From: a virus
Virus genome (UHGV): UHGV-0147235
Direction: 5' to 3' (one strand)
Length of the DNA stretch: 38,886 nucleotides
The notes below the pieces were generated by a model. The model ran no database searches. It worked only from the letters and a program-made list of their open reading frames with translations, and was not told the origin of the DNA. A program made the translations under genes and the position numbers. How positions within the stretch are numbered: the stretch's first letter is position 1; every line of letters starts with the position of its first letter. Shown here piece after piece: positions 15,993 to 26,900 of the stretch.

Positions 15993-17673
15993 AATATTAA
16001 ATAAACCATCACCTAAATTGTTAACGACATGGTATGCCAAACAAGTAGTAGCAGGTAAGATTGTCGCAAATAAATACGTGATAAAAGAATGTGAGCGACA
16101 CCTTAAATACTTAAAAGGTCATGAAAAGTGGATTTTTGATGAAGAATTAGCACATAGACCAATACGTTTTATAGAGAAATTTTGTAAACCATCAAAGGGT
16201 GCAAATAATCAATTAATACTACAACCATGGCAACATTTTATTATTGGTAGCCTATTTGGTTGGGTACACAAAGAAACAAAGTTAAGACGATTTAAAGAAG
16301 CACTTGTATTTGTTGGGCGTAAGAATGGTAAAACAACGACTATTTCAGGGCTTGCTAACTATGGTGTGTCGCAAGATGGAGAAAATGGAGCCGAAATACA
16401 TATGTTAGCAAACACCATGAAACAAGCACGATTATTATTTGATGAGTCTAAAGCTATGATTAAAGCTAGTCCAGTCCTAAAGAAAAATTTTAGATCATTA
16501 CGTGATGCCATTCATTATGATAAAACGATATCTAAAATTGAACCGCAAGCATCAGACAGTGAAAAACTAGATGGACTAAACACACATATAGGTATTTTTG
16601 ATGAAATACACGAATTTAAAGATTATAAACTTATATCAGTCATTAAAAACTCAAGAGCAGCACGTTTACAACCATTATTGATTTATATCACTACTGCAGG
16701 TTTCCAGTTAAATGGACCACTTGTAGATATGGTAGAAGCGGGAAAAGATACATTAAATGGAATTATTGAAGATGAACGCACTTTTTATTACTTAGCTTCT
16801 TTAGATGATGAAGATGATATTAATGATAGTGAAAACTGGATTAAAGCTAATCCAAATATTGGTGTGTCGATTGATATTGAAGTTATGAAAGAAGAGTGGA
16901 TAAAAGCAAAGCGTATTCCCGCAGAACGTGGCGATTTTATTACTAAACGATTTAATATCTTTGCTAATAATGATGAGATGAGTTTTATAGACCATACAAC
17001 ATTATCTAAAAATAATGAAGTGATCGCTTTTGATGAATTAGAAAATCATCCATGTACAGTGGGTTATGACTTATCTGAAACGGAAGACTTTACATCTGCA
17101 TGTGCTACATTCGCATTAGATAATGGCAAAATTGCTATATTAAGTCACTCTTGGATACCAAAACATAAGGTAGACCTAGCGAATGAAAAAATACCATATA
17201 GAGAATGGGAAGAAGCGGGATATCTGACTATACAAGATAAACCTTATATAGATTATACAGATGTATATGACTGGATATTAAAAGTGAATGAACATCATCC
17301 AGTAGAAAAAATTACATATGACAGAGCGAACGCATTTAGACTTAATCAAGAGTTAAAGAATTATGGGTTTGTTACTGAAGAAACAAGGCAGGGCGCATTA
17401 ACATTGAGTCCTGCTTTAAAATCGTTAAAAGAGTTATTTTTAGATGGCAAAGTAATCTATAACAATAATCCATTATTTAAATGGTACGTAAACAATGTGA
17501 AATTAAAACTTGATAGAAACGGAAACTGGCTACCATCTAAACAAAGTCGATATCGTAAAATAGATGGCTTTGCAGCGCTATTAAATACGTATACCGATAT
17601 TATGAATAAACTTACTGAAGAAAGTAACACGGGAAATATTGAATTTTTAAGTATTAAAGACTTAATGGATTAA
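15973..17673 (+). CDS. terL: Terminase large subunit
   Basis: Walker A VFVGRKNGKTT, Walker B-like GIFDEIHEF, C-terminal nuclease region. 566 aa. Confidence 0.9.
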   Translation: MVSVTIKILNKPSPKLLTTWYAKQVVAGKIVANKYVIKECERHLKYLKGHEKWIFDEELAHRPIRFIEKFCKPSKGANNQLILQPWQHFIIGSLFGWVHKETKLRRFKEALVFVGRKNGKTTTISGLANYGVSQDGENGAEIHMLANTMKQARLLFDESKAMIKASPVLKKNFRSLRDAIHYDKTISKIEPQASDSEKLDGLNTHIGIFDEIHEFKDYKLISVIKNSRAARLQPLLIYITTAGFQLNGPLVDMVEAGKDTLNGIIEDERTFYYLASLDDEDDINDSENWIKANPNIGVSIDIEVMKEEWIKAKRIPAERGDFITKRFNIFANNDEMSFIDHTTLSKNNEVIAFDELENHPCTVGYDLSETEDFTSACATFALDNGKIAILSHSWIPKHKVDLANEKIPYREWEEAGYLTIQDKPYIDYTDVYDWILKVNEHHPVEKITYDRANAFRLNQELKNYGFVTEETRQGALTLSPALKSLKELFLDGKVIYNNNPLFKWYVNNVKLKLDRNGNWLPSKQSRYRKIDGFAALLNTYTDIMNKLTEESNTGNIEFLSIKDLMD

Positions 17674-17677
17674 GGAG

Positions 17678-18943
17678 GTGATTAAAATCGCAAGTGTGAA
17701 CATCTTTACTAGGATAAAGCGTAGATTAATTGATAATTGGATAGATGAAACAAGTAATACACTTTATGATTTCTCGCCATGGCGTAACAAATCATTTTGG
17801 GGGAATATCAATAATACTTTAGAAACCAATGAAACTATTTTTTCTGCAGTAACTAGGTTAGCAAATTCATTATCTAGCATGCCAATTAAGTTATATGAAG
17901 ATTATAAAGTCATAAACACAAACGTATCTGAACTATTAACAATTAGTCCTAATAACTCAGTAAGTAGTTATGATTTTATCAATCAAATTGAAACGGTAAG
18001 AAATGAAAAAGGTAATGCATATGTATTGATTGAACGAGATACATTTTCACAACCTAGCAAACTATATTTATTAAATTCAGACATAGTAAATATAGCAATA
18101 GAGAATAATAGTAGAGAAGTCTATTACATTATTCACGCTGCTTCCGGTAACAAACTTATCATTCATAATATGGATATGTTGCATTTTAAACACATTGTAG
18201 GATCAAATATGTTAAAAGGGATAAGTCCTATTGATGTGCTTAAAAATACAACAGACTTTGATGCTGCTATACGTAAATTCAATTTATCAGAAATGCAAAA
18301 GCCAGACTCATTTGTGCTTAAATATGGTTCAAATATTGATGTGAAAAAACGTAAAAGTGTAATCGAAAACTTTAAACAGTTTTACGAAGAGAATGGCGGT
18401 ATTTTATTTCAAGAGCCTGGTGTAGAAATTGATCCAATAACTAAGAAATATGTTTCTGAAGATATTGTTGCAAGTGAAAATCTTACTAGAGAACGTGTAG
18501 CGAATGTCTTTCAACTACCTGCAGTGTTCTTAAATGCTAATGAAAGTAGTAACTTTACGAAGAATGAAGAATTAAATCGATTTTTCTTACAACACACTTT
18601 AATTTCTATTATTAAACAATACGAATCAGAATTTAATCGTAAACTTTTGACACCTTTAGACCGTAAGAAAAATAGATATTTCAAATTCAATGTAAAAGCA
18701 TATTTACGTGCAGATAGTGCTACACAAGCTGAAGTATACTTTAAAGCAGTTCGGAGTGGTTATTACACTATCAATGAAATTCGAGAACTTGAAGATTTAC
18801 CGCCAGTCGAAAATGGCGATAAACCATTTATTAGTGGCGACTTATATCCAATTGACACACCACTAGAGTTACGTAAATCATTGAAAGGTGGTGATAGAGA
18901 TGACAACGAAAAAGTACTTTCAAATCAAAAAGAAAACGGATAA
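17678..18943 (+). CDS. Portal protein (HK97 family)
   Basis: Size, position after terL, and conserved portal-like regions. The start is uncertain: the ORF-track GTG lies inside the AGGAGGTG SD, and GTG 17696 is an alternative. Confidence 0.85.
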   Translation: MIKIASVNIFTRIKRRLIDNWIDETSNTLYDFSPWRNKSFWGNINNTLETNETIFSAVTRLANSLSSMPIKLYEDYKVINTNVSELLTISPNNSVSSYDFINQIETVRNEKGNAYVLIERDTFSQPSKLYLLNSDIVNIAIENNSREVYYIIHAASGNKLIIHNMDMLHFKHIVGSNMLKGISPIDVLKNTTDFDAAIRKFNLSEMQKPDSFVLKYGSNIDVKKRKSVIENFKQFYEENGGILFQEPGVEIDPITKKYVSEDIVASENLTRERVANVFQLPAVFLNANESSNFTKNEELNRFFLQHTLISIIKQYESEFNRKLLTPLDRKKNRYFKFNVKAYLRADSATQAEVYFKAVRSGYYTINEIRELEDLPPVENGDKPFISGDLYPIDTPLELRKSLKGGDRDDNEKVLSNQKENG

Positions 18944-19619
18944 AAAAGGCGAGATTTTCATTTATGGAGATATTGTGAGTGAAGAATGGTTTGCAAATGA
19001 AGTAACAGCACCTGGATTTAAGCAACAATTAGATGAATTAGGTAATGTTTCTGAAATAGATGTTCACATAAACTCGTCGGGTGGTAACGTGTTTGAAGGT
19101 CATGCTATCTACAATATGCTTAAAATGCATAAAGCAAAAATTAATATCTATATTGATGCATTGGCTGCATCAATCGCAAGTGTGATCGCTATGAGCGGTG
19201 ACACTATTTTTATGCACAAAAACAGCTTTTTGATGATTCATAATTCATGGATTATGACAGTAGGTAATGCCAAAGAATTACGTGATACAGCAGATTTATT
19301 AGATAAAACGGATGAAGCAAGTAATCAAGCATATTTAGATAGAGCGCTTAATATTAGCGAAGAAGAACTGAAAGAATTATTAGATGCTGAAACATGGCTT
19401 ACTGCAAGTGAAGCATTAGAAAAAGGATTTATTGATGAAATTTTAGAGCCTAATGAAATCGCAGCAAGCATATCTGATGAACGCTATAAGTTATTTAAAT
19501 CTGTACCTTCATCCATTACAAAACAAGACAATAATGTAACAAAGCACTTAGAAGAACAAAAATTAAGACGAAAAATTATAAAAGAGTGTGAAACTTTAAA
19601 ACTCACACTTAATTTATAG
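18900..19619 (+). CDS. ClpP-like prohead serine protease
   Basis: INSSGGNVFEGHAIYNMLKMHKAKINIYIDALAASIASVIAMSGD is S14/ClpP-like. AAAGGTGGTGA SD upstream of ATG 18900. Confidence 0.85.
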   Translation: MTTKKYFQIKKKTDKKGEIFIYGDIVSEEWFANEVTAPGFKQQLDELGNVSEIDVHINSSGGNVFEGHAIYNMLKMHKAKINIYIDALAASIASVIAMSGDTIFMHKNSFLMIHNSWIMTVGNAKELRDTADLLDKTDEASNQAYLDRALNISEEELKELLDAETWLTASEALEKGFIDEILEPNEIAASISDERYKLFKSVPSSITKQDNNVTKHLEEQKLRRKIIKECETLKLTLNL

Positions 19620-19631
19620 GAGGGTAAACGA

Positions 19632-20789
19632 ATGCCAACATTATTTGAATTAAAACAATCGTTAGGAATGATTGGACAACAATTATCAAACAAAAATGAA
19701 GAATTAAGTAAACAAGCTTCAAATCCTAATGTAGATATAAAGGATATTGAGAAATTAAGAAGTGAAAAAGAAGGTTTACAACAACGTTATGAAATCGTTG
19801 AACAACAAGTAAAAGAAATTGAACAAAAAGAAAAAGCTAAACTAAATGATACAGTTACGGCCTATCAAAAGCTAAGTAATGAAGAAAAACGAATTAAAGC
19901 AAAGGCCGAATTTTATCGACATGCATTAAAACCTGATGAGTTTAAAGCACCATCACATGAAGCTAAAAAAACTTTAACAGCTTTACCAGTTGATAATGAG
20001 AGTGGTGGAGATAAACTCTTACCTACTTCATTATCGAATGAGATTGTATCTGAACCTTTTGCAAAAAATAAATTACGCGAAAAAGCACGTTTAACTAATA
20101 TTAAAGGATTAGAATTGCCACGTGTAGCCTATACCATTGATAATGATGATTTTATTACTGATGAAGATGTTGCAAAAGAAGTGAAACTAAAAGGCGATAC
20201 GGTTAAATTTGGTTCAAATAAATTTAAAGTTATAGCTAAAGTATCAGATACAATAATTCATGGTTCAGATGTTGATTTAGTAAATTTCGTGGAAAATTCT
20301 TTACAATCTGGCTTAGCGGCTAAAGAACGTAAAGACGCATTTGCGACTGCGCCAAGTAGCTATGAATCTCAACACATGTCATTTTACTATGGCAACAAAG
20401 TGAAGTCTGTTGATGGTATAAACATTTATGAAGCAGTTACGAATGCACTTGCAGATTTACATGAAGATTTTAGAGAAAACGCAAGTATTTATATGAAATA
20501 TGCTGATTATATAAATGTTGTTTCAACATTAGCTAATGGTTCAACACCATTATATGAAGCACAACCGGAAAAAATATTTGGTAAACCAGTTATTTTTACA
20601 GATGCTGCAATTCATCCTGTTGTCGGAGATTTTAATTACTTTGGAATTAACTATAATTCTACTACTTATGATACAGATAAAGATGTGACTAAGGGTGAAT
20701 ATTTATTCGTTTTAACTGCTTGGTATGACCAACAACGTATCTTAGACAGTGCATTTCGTATTGCAAATGTAACAAATAAACCCTTATAA
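19632..20789 (+). CDS. Major capsid protein (HK97 fold) with N-terminal coiled-coil delta/scaffold domain
   Basis: Position after the protease. N-terminal about 110 aa is a K/E-rich coiled coil. 385 aa. Confidence 0.8.
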   Translation: MPTLFELKQSLGMIGQQLSNKNEELSKQASNPNVDIKDIEKLRSEKEGLQQRYEIVEQQVKEIEQKEKAKLNDTVTAYQKLSNEEKRIKAKAEFYRHALKPDEFKAPSHEAKKTLTALPVDNESGGDKLLPTSLSNEIVSEPFAKNKLREKARLTNIKGLELPRVAYTIDNDDFITDEDVAKEVKLKGDTVKFGSNKFKVIAKVSDTIIHGSDVDLVNFVENSLQSGLAAKERKDAFATAPSSYESQHMSFYYGNKVKSVDGINIYEAVTNALADLHEDFRENASIYMKYADYINVVSTLANGSTPLYEAQPEKIFGKPVIFTDAAIHPVVGDFNYFGINYNSTTYDTDKDVTKGEYLFVLTAWYDQQRILDSAFRIANVTNKPL

Positions 20790-20859
20790 TCCCCGAAATG
20801 TAGAAGTAAGACCTAATACTAGATCAGCGGTTGTATCTACAAATTAGGGGCGATGCTAG

Positions 20860-21138
20860 ATGAATTTAGAAGATTTGAAAAAGTGGTTGAAAGTAGATTA
20901 TAACTTTGAAGATAGTGTAATTACTGATTTAATCGAATCTGCTAAAGCTGAATTATTATTGAGTGGTGTACCTGAATATACTGAAAGTGATAAAGAGTAT
21001 TCGCTTTTTATGACTGCCATAAAGTATATTGTCACTAGAGATTTTGAAACACGTGGCTTTATAACTGAAATATATAAATCAAAAGCATTTAATGAAAAAA
21101 CTTTACAATCTATGATACTTAAATTAAAAAAATGGTGA
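20860..21138 (+). CDS. Head-tail connector protein (gp6-like)
   Basis: N-terminus MNLEDLKKWLKVDYNFEDSVITDLIESAKAELL is typical of phage gp6-like connector proteins. Confidence 0.65.
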   Translation: MNLEDLKKWLKVDYNFEDSVITDLIESAKAELLLSGVPEYTESDKEYSLFMTAIKYIVTRDFETRGFITEIYKSKAFNEKTLQSMILKLKKW

Positions 21139-21147
21139 GGTGATTTT

Positions 21148-21480
21148 ATGGAATTCAATGAATTTAAAAATCATCTTACCTTTTTTAAATATGTTAACAA
21201 TGGACCATATCCCGACGAAAACGAAGAAGAAACACTATATAGTTGTTTTTGTAAAATATACAGTCCAGTCATAAAAGATATGGAAATATTAAAATCGAAT
21301 GAAACTAAAATTACGTTGAATATTGTTATTAGAGATGCTTCTGAATTCTATATCGTTAAATCTAATCATATAATAAAAATCGATAAAGCAATTTATAGAG
21401 ATAAATTATTTGCTATTAAAGAAATTAGAGTGAATCATCCTAGAGAACACTACATCACTTTGTTGGTATCTGAAGTATGA
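21148..21480 (+). CDS. Head closure / head-tail adaptor protein
   Basis: Position and size in the connector block. Confidence 0.45.
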   Translation: MEFNEFKNHLTFFKYVNNGPYPDENEEETLYSCFCKIYSPVIKDMEILKSNETKITLNIVIRDASEFYIVKSNHIIKIDKAIYRDKLFAIKEIRVNHPREHYITLLVSEV

Positions 21481-21884
21481 GTGTAGAAGTTAAAGGTATG
21501 GAAGAAGTGTTATCGCAATTAGAAAAACGATTTAGTTCAAAAGAGTTGGTTCAAATTGAAGATGAAGCATTAAATAAAGGTTCTGAAGTGTTATTGAAAG
21601 CATTAAAAAGTAACTTTGAAAGTTTTAAAGCAACTGGTAACACTATCAAAGAAATGACCGTAACAAAACCATATAGCAAAAATATTTCTGTTTTAAGAGC
21701 TAAAAGTATTAAATGGAAAGGGCCAACGGGTAGATATAGAATTATTCACTTAAATGAACATGGTTATACAAGAAATGGTAAAAAATACACGCCACGTGGT
21801 TTTGGTGTGATTGCTAAAACCTTAAAAGAAGTAGAATCAGAATATCGAAATGTCGTTATTAAGGAGTTGAAGAAAAAACTATGA
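21477..21884 (+). CDS. HK97 gp10-family tail-component protein
   Basis: Position and size; overlapping start. Confidence 0.5.
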   Translation: MSVEVKGMEEVLSQLEKRFSSKELVQIEDEALNKGSEVLLKALKSNFESFKATGNTIKEMTVTKPYSKNISVLRAKSIKWKGPTGRYRIIHLNEHGYTRNGKKYTPRGFGVIAKTLKEVESEYRNVVIKELKKKL

Positions 21885-22276
21885 ATATTTTAAACATAAT
21901 AAGGACGTTAATTCTAGAAGATGAATTTTTAAAAGCCGAATTAGATAATAGAATTTATTTTTATGAAACGTCAAAAAACGCAGACATTACAAATAGTTTT
22001 GTTATTTTAACTCCTATTTACGACGAACCAAATACAATTGTATCGAATAACTATTTAGCTGAAGAATATCTAATACAGGTAGATGTTGAAACATATCATC
22101 ATCAGAAAACAATAGATATCACAAAACGAATTAGACGCTTAATGTGGGAAAATGATTTATTACCTGCATCAAGCAAACTTGATACGTATTTTAAAGAAAC
22201 AAAACGGTACGTGATGTCACGACGATATCAAGGCGTACCTAAAAATCAATATTATAAAGAAAAACACATCGATTAG
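21881..22276 (+). CDS. Tail completion protein (putative)
   Basis: Position immediately upstream of the major tail protein. Confidence 0.4.
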   Translation: MNILNIIRTLILEDEFLKAELDNRIYFYETSKNADITNSFVILTPIYDEPNTIVSNNYLAEEYLIQVDVETYHHQKTIDITKRIRRLMWENDLLPASSKLDTYFKETKRYVMSRRYQGVPKNQYYKEKHID

Positions 22277-22290
22277 GTGTGTTTTTTTAT
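22262..22290 (+). terminator. Hairpin plus T-run attenuator/terminator upstream of the major tail protein gene
   Basis: AAACACA (22262-68) pairs with TGTGTTT (22278-84), followed by TTTTATTTTTAT. Confidence 0.35.
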
Positions 22291-22315
22291 TTTTATAAAA
22301 ATTGGAGGCAAAAGA

Positions 22316-23071
22316 ATGGGATCATATGTAGCTGGATTTAAACGAATCTATGTCGGTGTATTCGACAATAAAGCGGAAAAAGTAACAGAGTTATATACAT
22401 GGGAAGATGACAAAGGTGGTACTGTTCGTATGAACATTACAGGTTTAGCACCTGATAAAGTAGATATGTTTGCATCAAATAAACGTGTATGGATTAAAAA
22501 ACAAGGTACAAACGAAATTAAATCTGATTTAGAAGTATTCAACGTACCTTCTGACGAATTAAACACTGTAATTGGACGTAAAAAAGATGCTAACGGTACT
22601 GCATGGGTAGGCGAAGATACACGTGCGCCATATGTAACTGTTGTAGGTGAATCTCAAGACGGTATCACAGGCGAACCAATTTATTGTTCATTAATGAAAG
22701 GTGTATTTAGTTTAGATAACTTAGAATTCAAAACTAAAGGCGAAAAAGCGGAAGCGCCTGAAGTTACAAAACTTGTAGGAGATTGGATGAACCGTAAAAT
22801 TGAAGTTGATGGCAATGTGACTGGTGTCGCTTATGGTTATCACGAAGGTAAACAAGGCGCAGACAAATTCTTACAAAAAGTGTTCGTTGGTTACACTAAA
22901 CCAATATTAGCAACTGACAAACACAGTGAATCAGAATTTAACGGTAACACTGATCATGGTATTATTGACGAATCTCATCCAACTGAAGCGCATGAAGTAA
23001 GTAATTTAACACATTCAGATAGTAATCCATCTGAAACACACGAAACAACAACTAGTGTAAATCATCAATAA
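22316..23071 (+). CDS. Major tail protein
   Basis: TGGAGG lies 7 nt upstream of ATG 22316. Position and size, abundant-structural-protein codon pattern, acidic/His-rich C-terminal extension. Confidence 0.75.
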   Translation: MGSYVAGFKRIYVGVFDNKAEKVTELYTWEDDKGGTVRMNITGLAPDKVDMFASNKRVWIKKQGTNEIKSDLEVFNVPSDELNTVIGRKKDANGTAWVGEDTRAPYVTVVGESQDGITGEPIYCSLMKGVFSLDNLEFKTKGEKAEAPEVTKLVGDWMNRKIEVDGNVTGVAYGYHEGKQGADKFLQKVFVGYTKPILATDKHSESEFNGNTDHGIIDESHPTEAHEVSNLTHSDSNPSETHETTTSVNHQ

Positions 23072-23086
23072 GTAGAGTGATAAATT

Positions 23087-23317
23087 ATGGTTACAAAATT
23101 AAAAGTATACGATAAAAAAGACAATGTAGTGGGAGAAGCAGAGTTACATGAAGATGGTACATCTAAAGTAACCATTAATAATCTTGAACCTAATACAGTA
23201 TACCCTGAAGGTACATTCAGAGTAGCACATGTTAAAAATGAAAAGGTGTCAGATTATGTAGACGTACCCGAATTTAAAACGAAACCAACTACTACAAACA
23301 AAGACGAGGCACAGTAA
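23087..23317 (+). CDS. Small Ig-like/FN3-like tail protein
   Basis: Beta-rich 76 aa: VTINNLEPNTVYPEGTFRVAHV. Confidence 0.45.
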   Translation: MVTKLKVYDKKDNVVGEAELHEDGTSKVTINNLEPNTVYPEGTFRVAHVKNEKVSDYVDVPEFKTKPTTTNKDEAQ

Positions 23318-23340
23318 TTATTACTGTGTCTTTTTTATTT
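23309..23340 (+). terminator. Rho-independent terminator
   Basis: Palindrome ACAGTAAT-T-ATTACTGT followed by TTTTTTATTT. Confidence 0.6.
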
Positions 23341-23360
23341 GAAGAAAAGGAGCTAATACA

Positions 23361-23702
23361 ATGATTAGATTTGAAATTAAGAATCAAGAAACTGGTAAAA
23401 CTGAAATCTATAAAAAGGACTTTATCACATTAGGAGAAGCTGAAAAATGCTATACGTATTTAGAAGCGGTAGAAAAGGAACGTGAGAAAGAGAAACCTGA
23501 TGCAAGTAAAGTCAGAGTAAAAGAACGTCAATTACTTGTCGATTTATTCAAAGAACAAGGCTTAACAGAAGAAACAATCTTAAACAGTATGAGTACAAAA
23601 ACATATACAAAAGCGATTCAAGATATCTTTCGAGAAGTCAACGGTGATGATGAAGAAGATACAGAAATTGAAACAGAAGAAGCGGGAAAGACAGGAAAGT
23701 AA
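23361..23702 (+). CDS. Tail assembly chaperone (gpG-like)
   Basis: Acidic 113-aa protein immediately upstream of the tape measure gene. Ends just after a GGGAAAG slippery heptamer. Confidence 0.65.
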   Translation: MIRFEIKNQETGKTEIYKKDFITLGEAEKCYTYLEAVEKEREKEKPDASKVRVKERQLLVDLFKEQGLTEETILNSMSTKTYTKAIQDIFREVNGDDEEDTEIETEEAGKTGK

Positions 23703-23926
23703 TTTCAATAAAAGATATTTTATCGAACATTAAAAAGATACAAACGTACTGTATGGAAAAGTACGGATGGACAATCATAGAAGTAAAACAACAACCTTAT
23801 TTCGAAGTATTAGACTTACTTGCTTTAAATAAAGAAGATGAAGCGTCTCAACAACAAAAAGAACAAAAATTAAGCACCGATAAAGTTTACACAGGTAAAG
23901 ATTTAAAATTATTGTTCGGTGGTTAG
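23361..23926 (+). CDS. Tail assembly chaperone G-T fusion made by a programmed -1 frameshift at GGGAAAG (23684-23690)
   Basis: In-frame G GGA AAG heptamer identical to the lambda G/GT site. The -1 frame stays open for 78 codons to TAG 23924-23926, just before the tape measure start. Confidence 0.55.
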
Positions 23927-23943
23927 AAAGGAGGTAAATATAA

Positions 23944-26900
23944 ATGGATGAAAAGTTACAAGGTTTAACCTTAGAGATGTCACTTGATGCGATTGGCGTT
24001 CAAGAAGGTATGAAAGGCTTGAAACGACAATTAGGTGTCGTAAATAGTGAAATGAAGGCAAACCTATCCGCCTTTGATAATTCAGAAAAATCTATGGAGA
24101 AGTACGAAGCAACTTTAAAAGGTTTGAATGAGAAGTTAAAAGTTCAAAATCAAATGTTTGTACAGTCTAAAAATGATTTATCAAGATTAAATGCTGATTA
24201 TCAAAATGCAGTAAGTCGTGTCAAAGATGTAGAACGTGCTTATGAAAAACTAGTAGAAACAAATAAGAAAAATAAACTAGCTTACGATCAATCTACTAAT
24301 GCTATGAAAGAATCAAACGCCGAACTAAAAAAATCTGAGGCACAATTTGCTAGAACGGTAAAACGTAAAGATGAAGCATGGCAAAAGTTAAAACAATTAA
24401 GACAAGCTGAAAAAGACTTAAAAGAAAGTAATGAAGCAACCACTGCACAATTAAATAGAGCAAATAATGCGATACAAAAACAAGTAGAAAAGCATAAAGA
24501 GTTAGTAGCTAAGTACAAAGAAGAAGAATCTCAAGTTAAAAAGTTACGACAAGAAAATAGAGAATTATTATCTTCACATGAGAAAGTTACTAAAAACTAT
24601 CAAACTTCTAATAAGGAATTAAAAGAAACTGGCGAAGAATTTAAGCAACTGAATACAACGATTAAAAATCACAATAAATTATTAGCAAGTGCCGAACGAA
24701 ATGTAAATAATGAACTTTCAGCATTAAACAAGTTAGAGCGACAAGTTAATAAAACTAAGTCAGAAATGAATGACTTTAATCGTGAACAAGTAATTGCTAA
24801 TAGTAGTTTTACTAAAGTAGCTGAACATGCTGATAAACTATCCAATAAATTTGGAGCAATCAGCGACAAAATGAAAAGTACAGGTAAAACAATGAGTGTA
24901 GGTATTACTGCACCGGTTGTAGCAGGTTTTGGTGCTGCAATTAAAACAAGTGCCGATTTTGAAGCGCAAATGTCAAAGGTAGGCGCAATTGCTCAAGTAA
25001 GTAGTAGTGATTTAAAAGCTATGACGAATGAAGCGGTCGACTTGGGTGCTAAAACAAGTAAAAGTGCAAGTGAAGTTGCAAAAGGTATGCAAGAGTTAGC
25101 ATCATTAGGATTTGATGCTAAGCAAACAATGGAGGCTATGCCAGGTGTAATTAGTGCATCTGAAGCAAGTGGCGCAGAATTAGCAACTACTGCACAAGTT
25201 ATGGCTTCATCAATCAATGCGTTTGGACTAAAAGCTTCAGATGCAACACATGTAGCCGATTTACTTGCTACTGCTGCAAATGATAGTGCTGCAGACATTA
25301 ATTACATGGGTGATGCGCTTAAATATGCTGGTACACCTGCAAAAGCATTAGGTGTAACACTTGAAGATACTTCCGCGGCAATCGAAGTAATGTCTAATTC
25401 AGGTCTTGATGGCTCACAAGCAGGTACTGCATTACGTGCATCATTTATCAAATTAGCAAGTCCATCCAAAGAAGCATCAACATTAATGCAACAATTAGGT
25501 GTCCATTTAATGGATGCTAAAGGTCACTTTGTAGGTATGCCACAATTGATTTCACAATTCCAAAATGGATTAAAAGGAATGTCAAAAGAACAAAAACTAG
25601 CAGCTATTTCTACTGTAGTAGGTAGTGAAGCGGCAAGCGGTTTCTTATCGTTAATTGATGCTGGACAATCTAAAATTGATAAGTACAGTAATGCTTTAAA
25701 AAATTCAGATGGGGCAAGTAAAAAAGCATCTGATCAAATGAAAAATAACCTTAAAGGTTCAGTTGAACAATTAAAAGGTGCATTTGAATCACTAGGAATT
25801 AAGATAGGTAATGATTTAGCACCTGCCATTAGAAAAGGGGCGGACTGGTTAAGTAACTTTGTAGATAAATTTAGTAGTATGCCTGGATTTGCTAGAAAAG
25901 GTGTAATTGCGCTTGGTTTGTTTGCAGGTGCAATAGGTCCGATTATTTTAGCAGGTGGTATTTTAGCAGGTGTGATTTCTAAAGCTGTAAAAGGCTATAG
26001 AGATTTAAATAAAACAATGGCTATCAATAGTGCAGAAGCAGCTATTAATGCTAAAGCAATTGATGTAGCTTCTAATTCAATTGGTAAAACTGGAAAAGTT
26101 GCTAAAAACTCTAAAGGCCACATGAGTGAGTTAGGAGATGCAGTCGGTAATTTAAGTACTGGATTTGGTGGGCTTGGTAAAAAGGTGCCAGGCGTTGGCG
26201 GTAAATTTGGTAAATTCGGTAGTTTACTTGGTGGACTGATATCAAGATTTGGTAGTTTAGGTAATGTGTCTAAATTGGCAATTGGAGCGATTGGAAAATT
26301 AACTTTACCACTCACAATTATTACTACTGTATTCACTATAGCGTATCAAAAGTTAGGTTGGTTTAAACAAGGCATACATGATTTAGGACGTTTATGGAAT
26401 GAAACTGCGGGTAGTTTAGACTTCTCATGGATAGGTAAATTCACAAAAGGAATAGGAACTGCTTGGGATAAAACAAAAGAATTTTCAGCTAAACTATTAG
26501 AATTGACACCTATGTTTAAAATGTTAAAAGTATCTTTTGATGGTATTCACAAAGGTGTGGCTAAAGCTACTGATAAAGTTGATGTGTTTGGTAAAGGTGT
26601 ATCTAAAGAAACTAAATCGGCACTTGGTTCATTCGTAAATTACTCTGAAAAATCTAGTAAGATATTAGATAAAATGCGTATTAATCATGGCGAGATAACT
26701 CAAAAAGAATCACAAGAATTAACTAATTTAAATAAAAAAATGAGTGATGATTTAATAGATCAAATGAACAAGCGTAAAGATAAAGAACTTAAAATTGCTC
26801 ATGATGTTCTAGATAAATCTACTGCGATTTCTGAAGAAGATAAAAAACGCTTATTAAAGAAAACTGAAGAGAGAAACGAAATAGCCATTAAGAAAACTCA

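Noticed and set aside
16801-16995. Minus-strand 64-aa ORF inside terL
   Set aside because: Antisense shadow of a strongly supported gene.
18831-19693. Minus-strand ORFs 18831-19028 and 19484-19693
   Set aside because: Antisense to the portal, protease and capsid coding regions, with no translation signals.
20791-20850. Imperfect inverted repeat CCCC...GTAGA / TCTAC...GGGG after the capsid gene
   Set aside because: Only a 5-bp plus 4-bp discontinuous pairing with no U-tract. At most a weak attenuator.
20898-21158. Minus-strand 86-aa ORF
   Set aside because: Antisense to the head-tail connector gene.
22348-22566. Minus-strand 72-aa ORF
   Set aside because: Antisense to the major tail protein gene.
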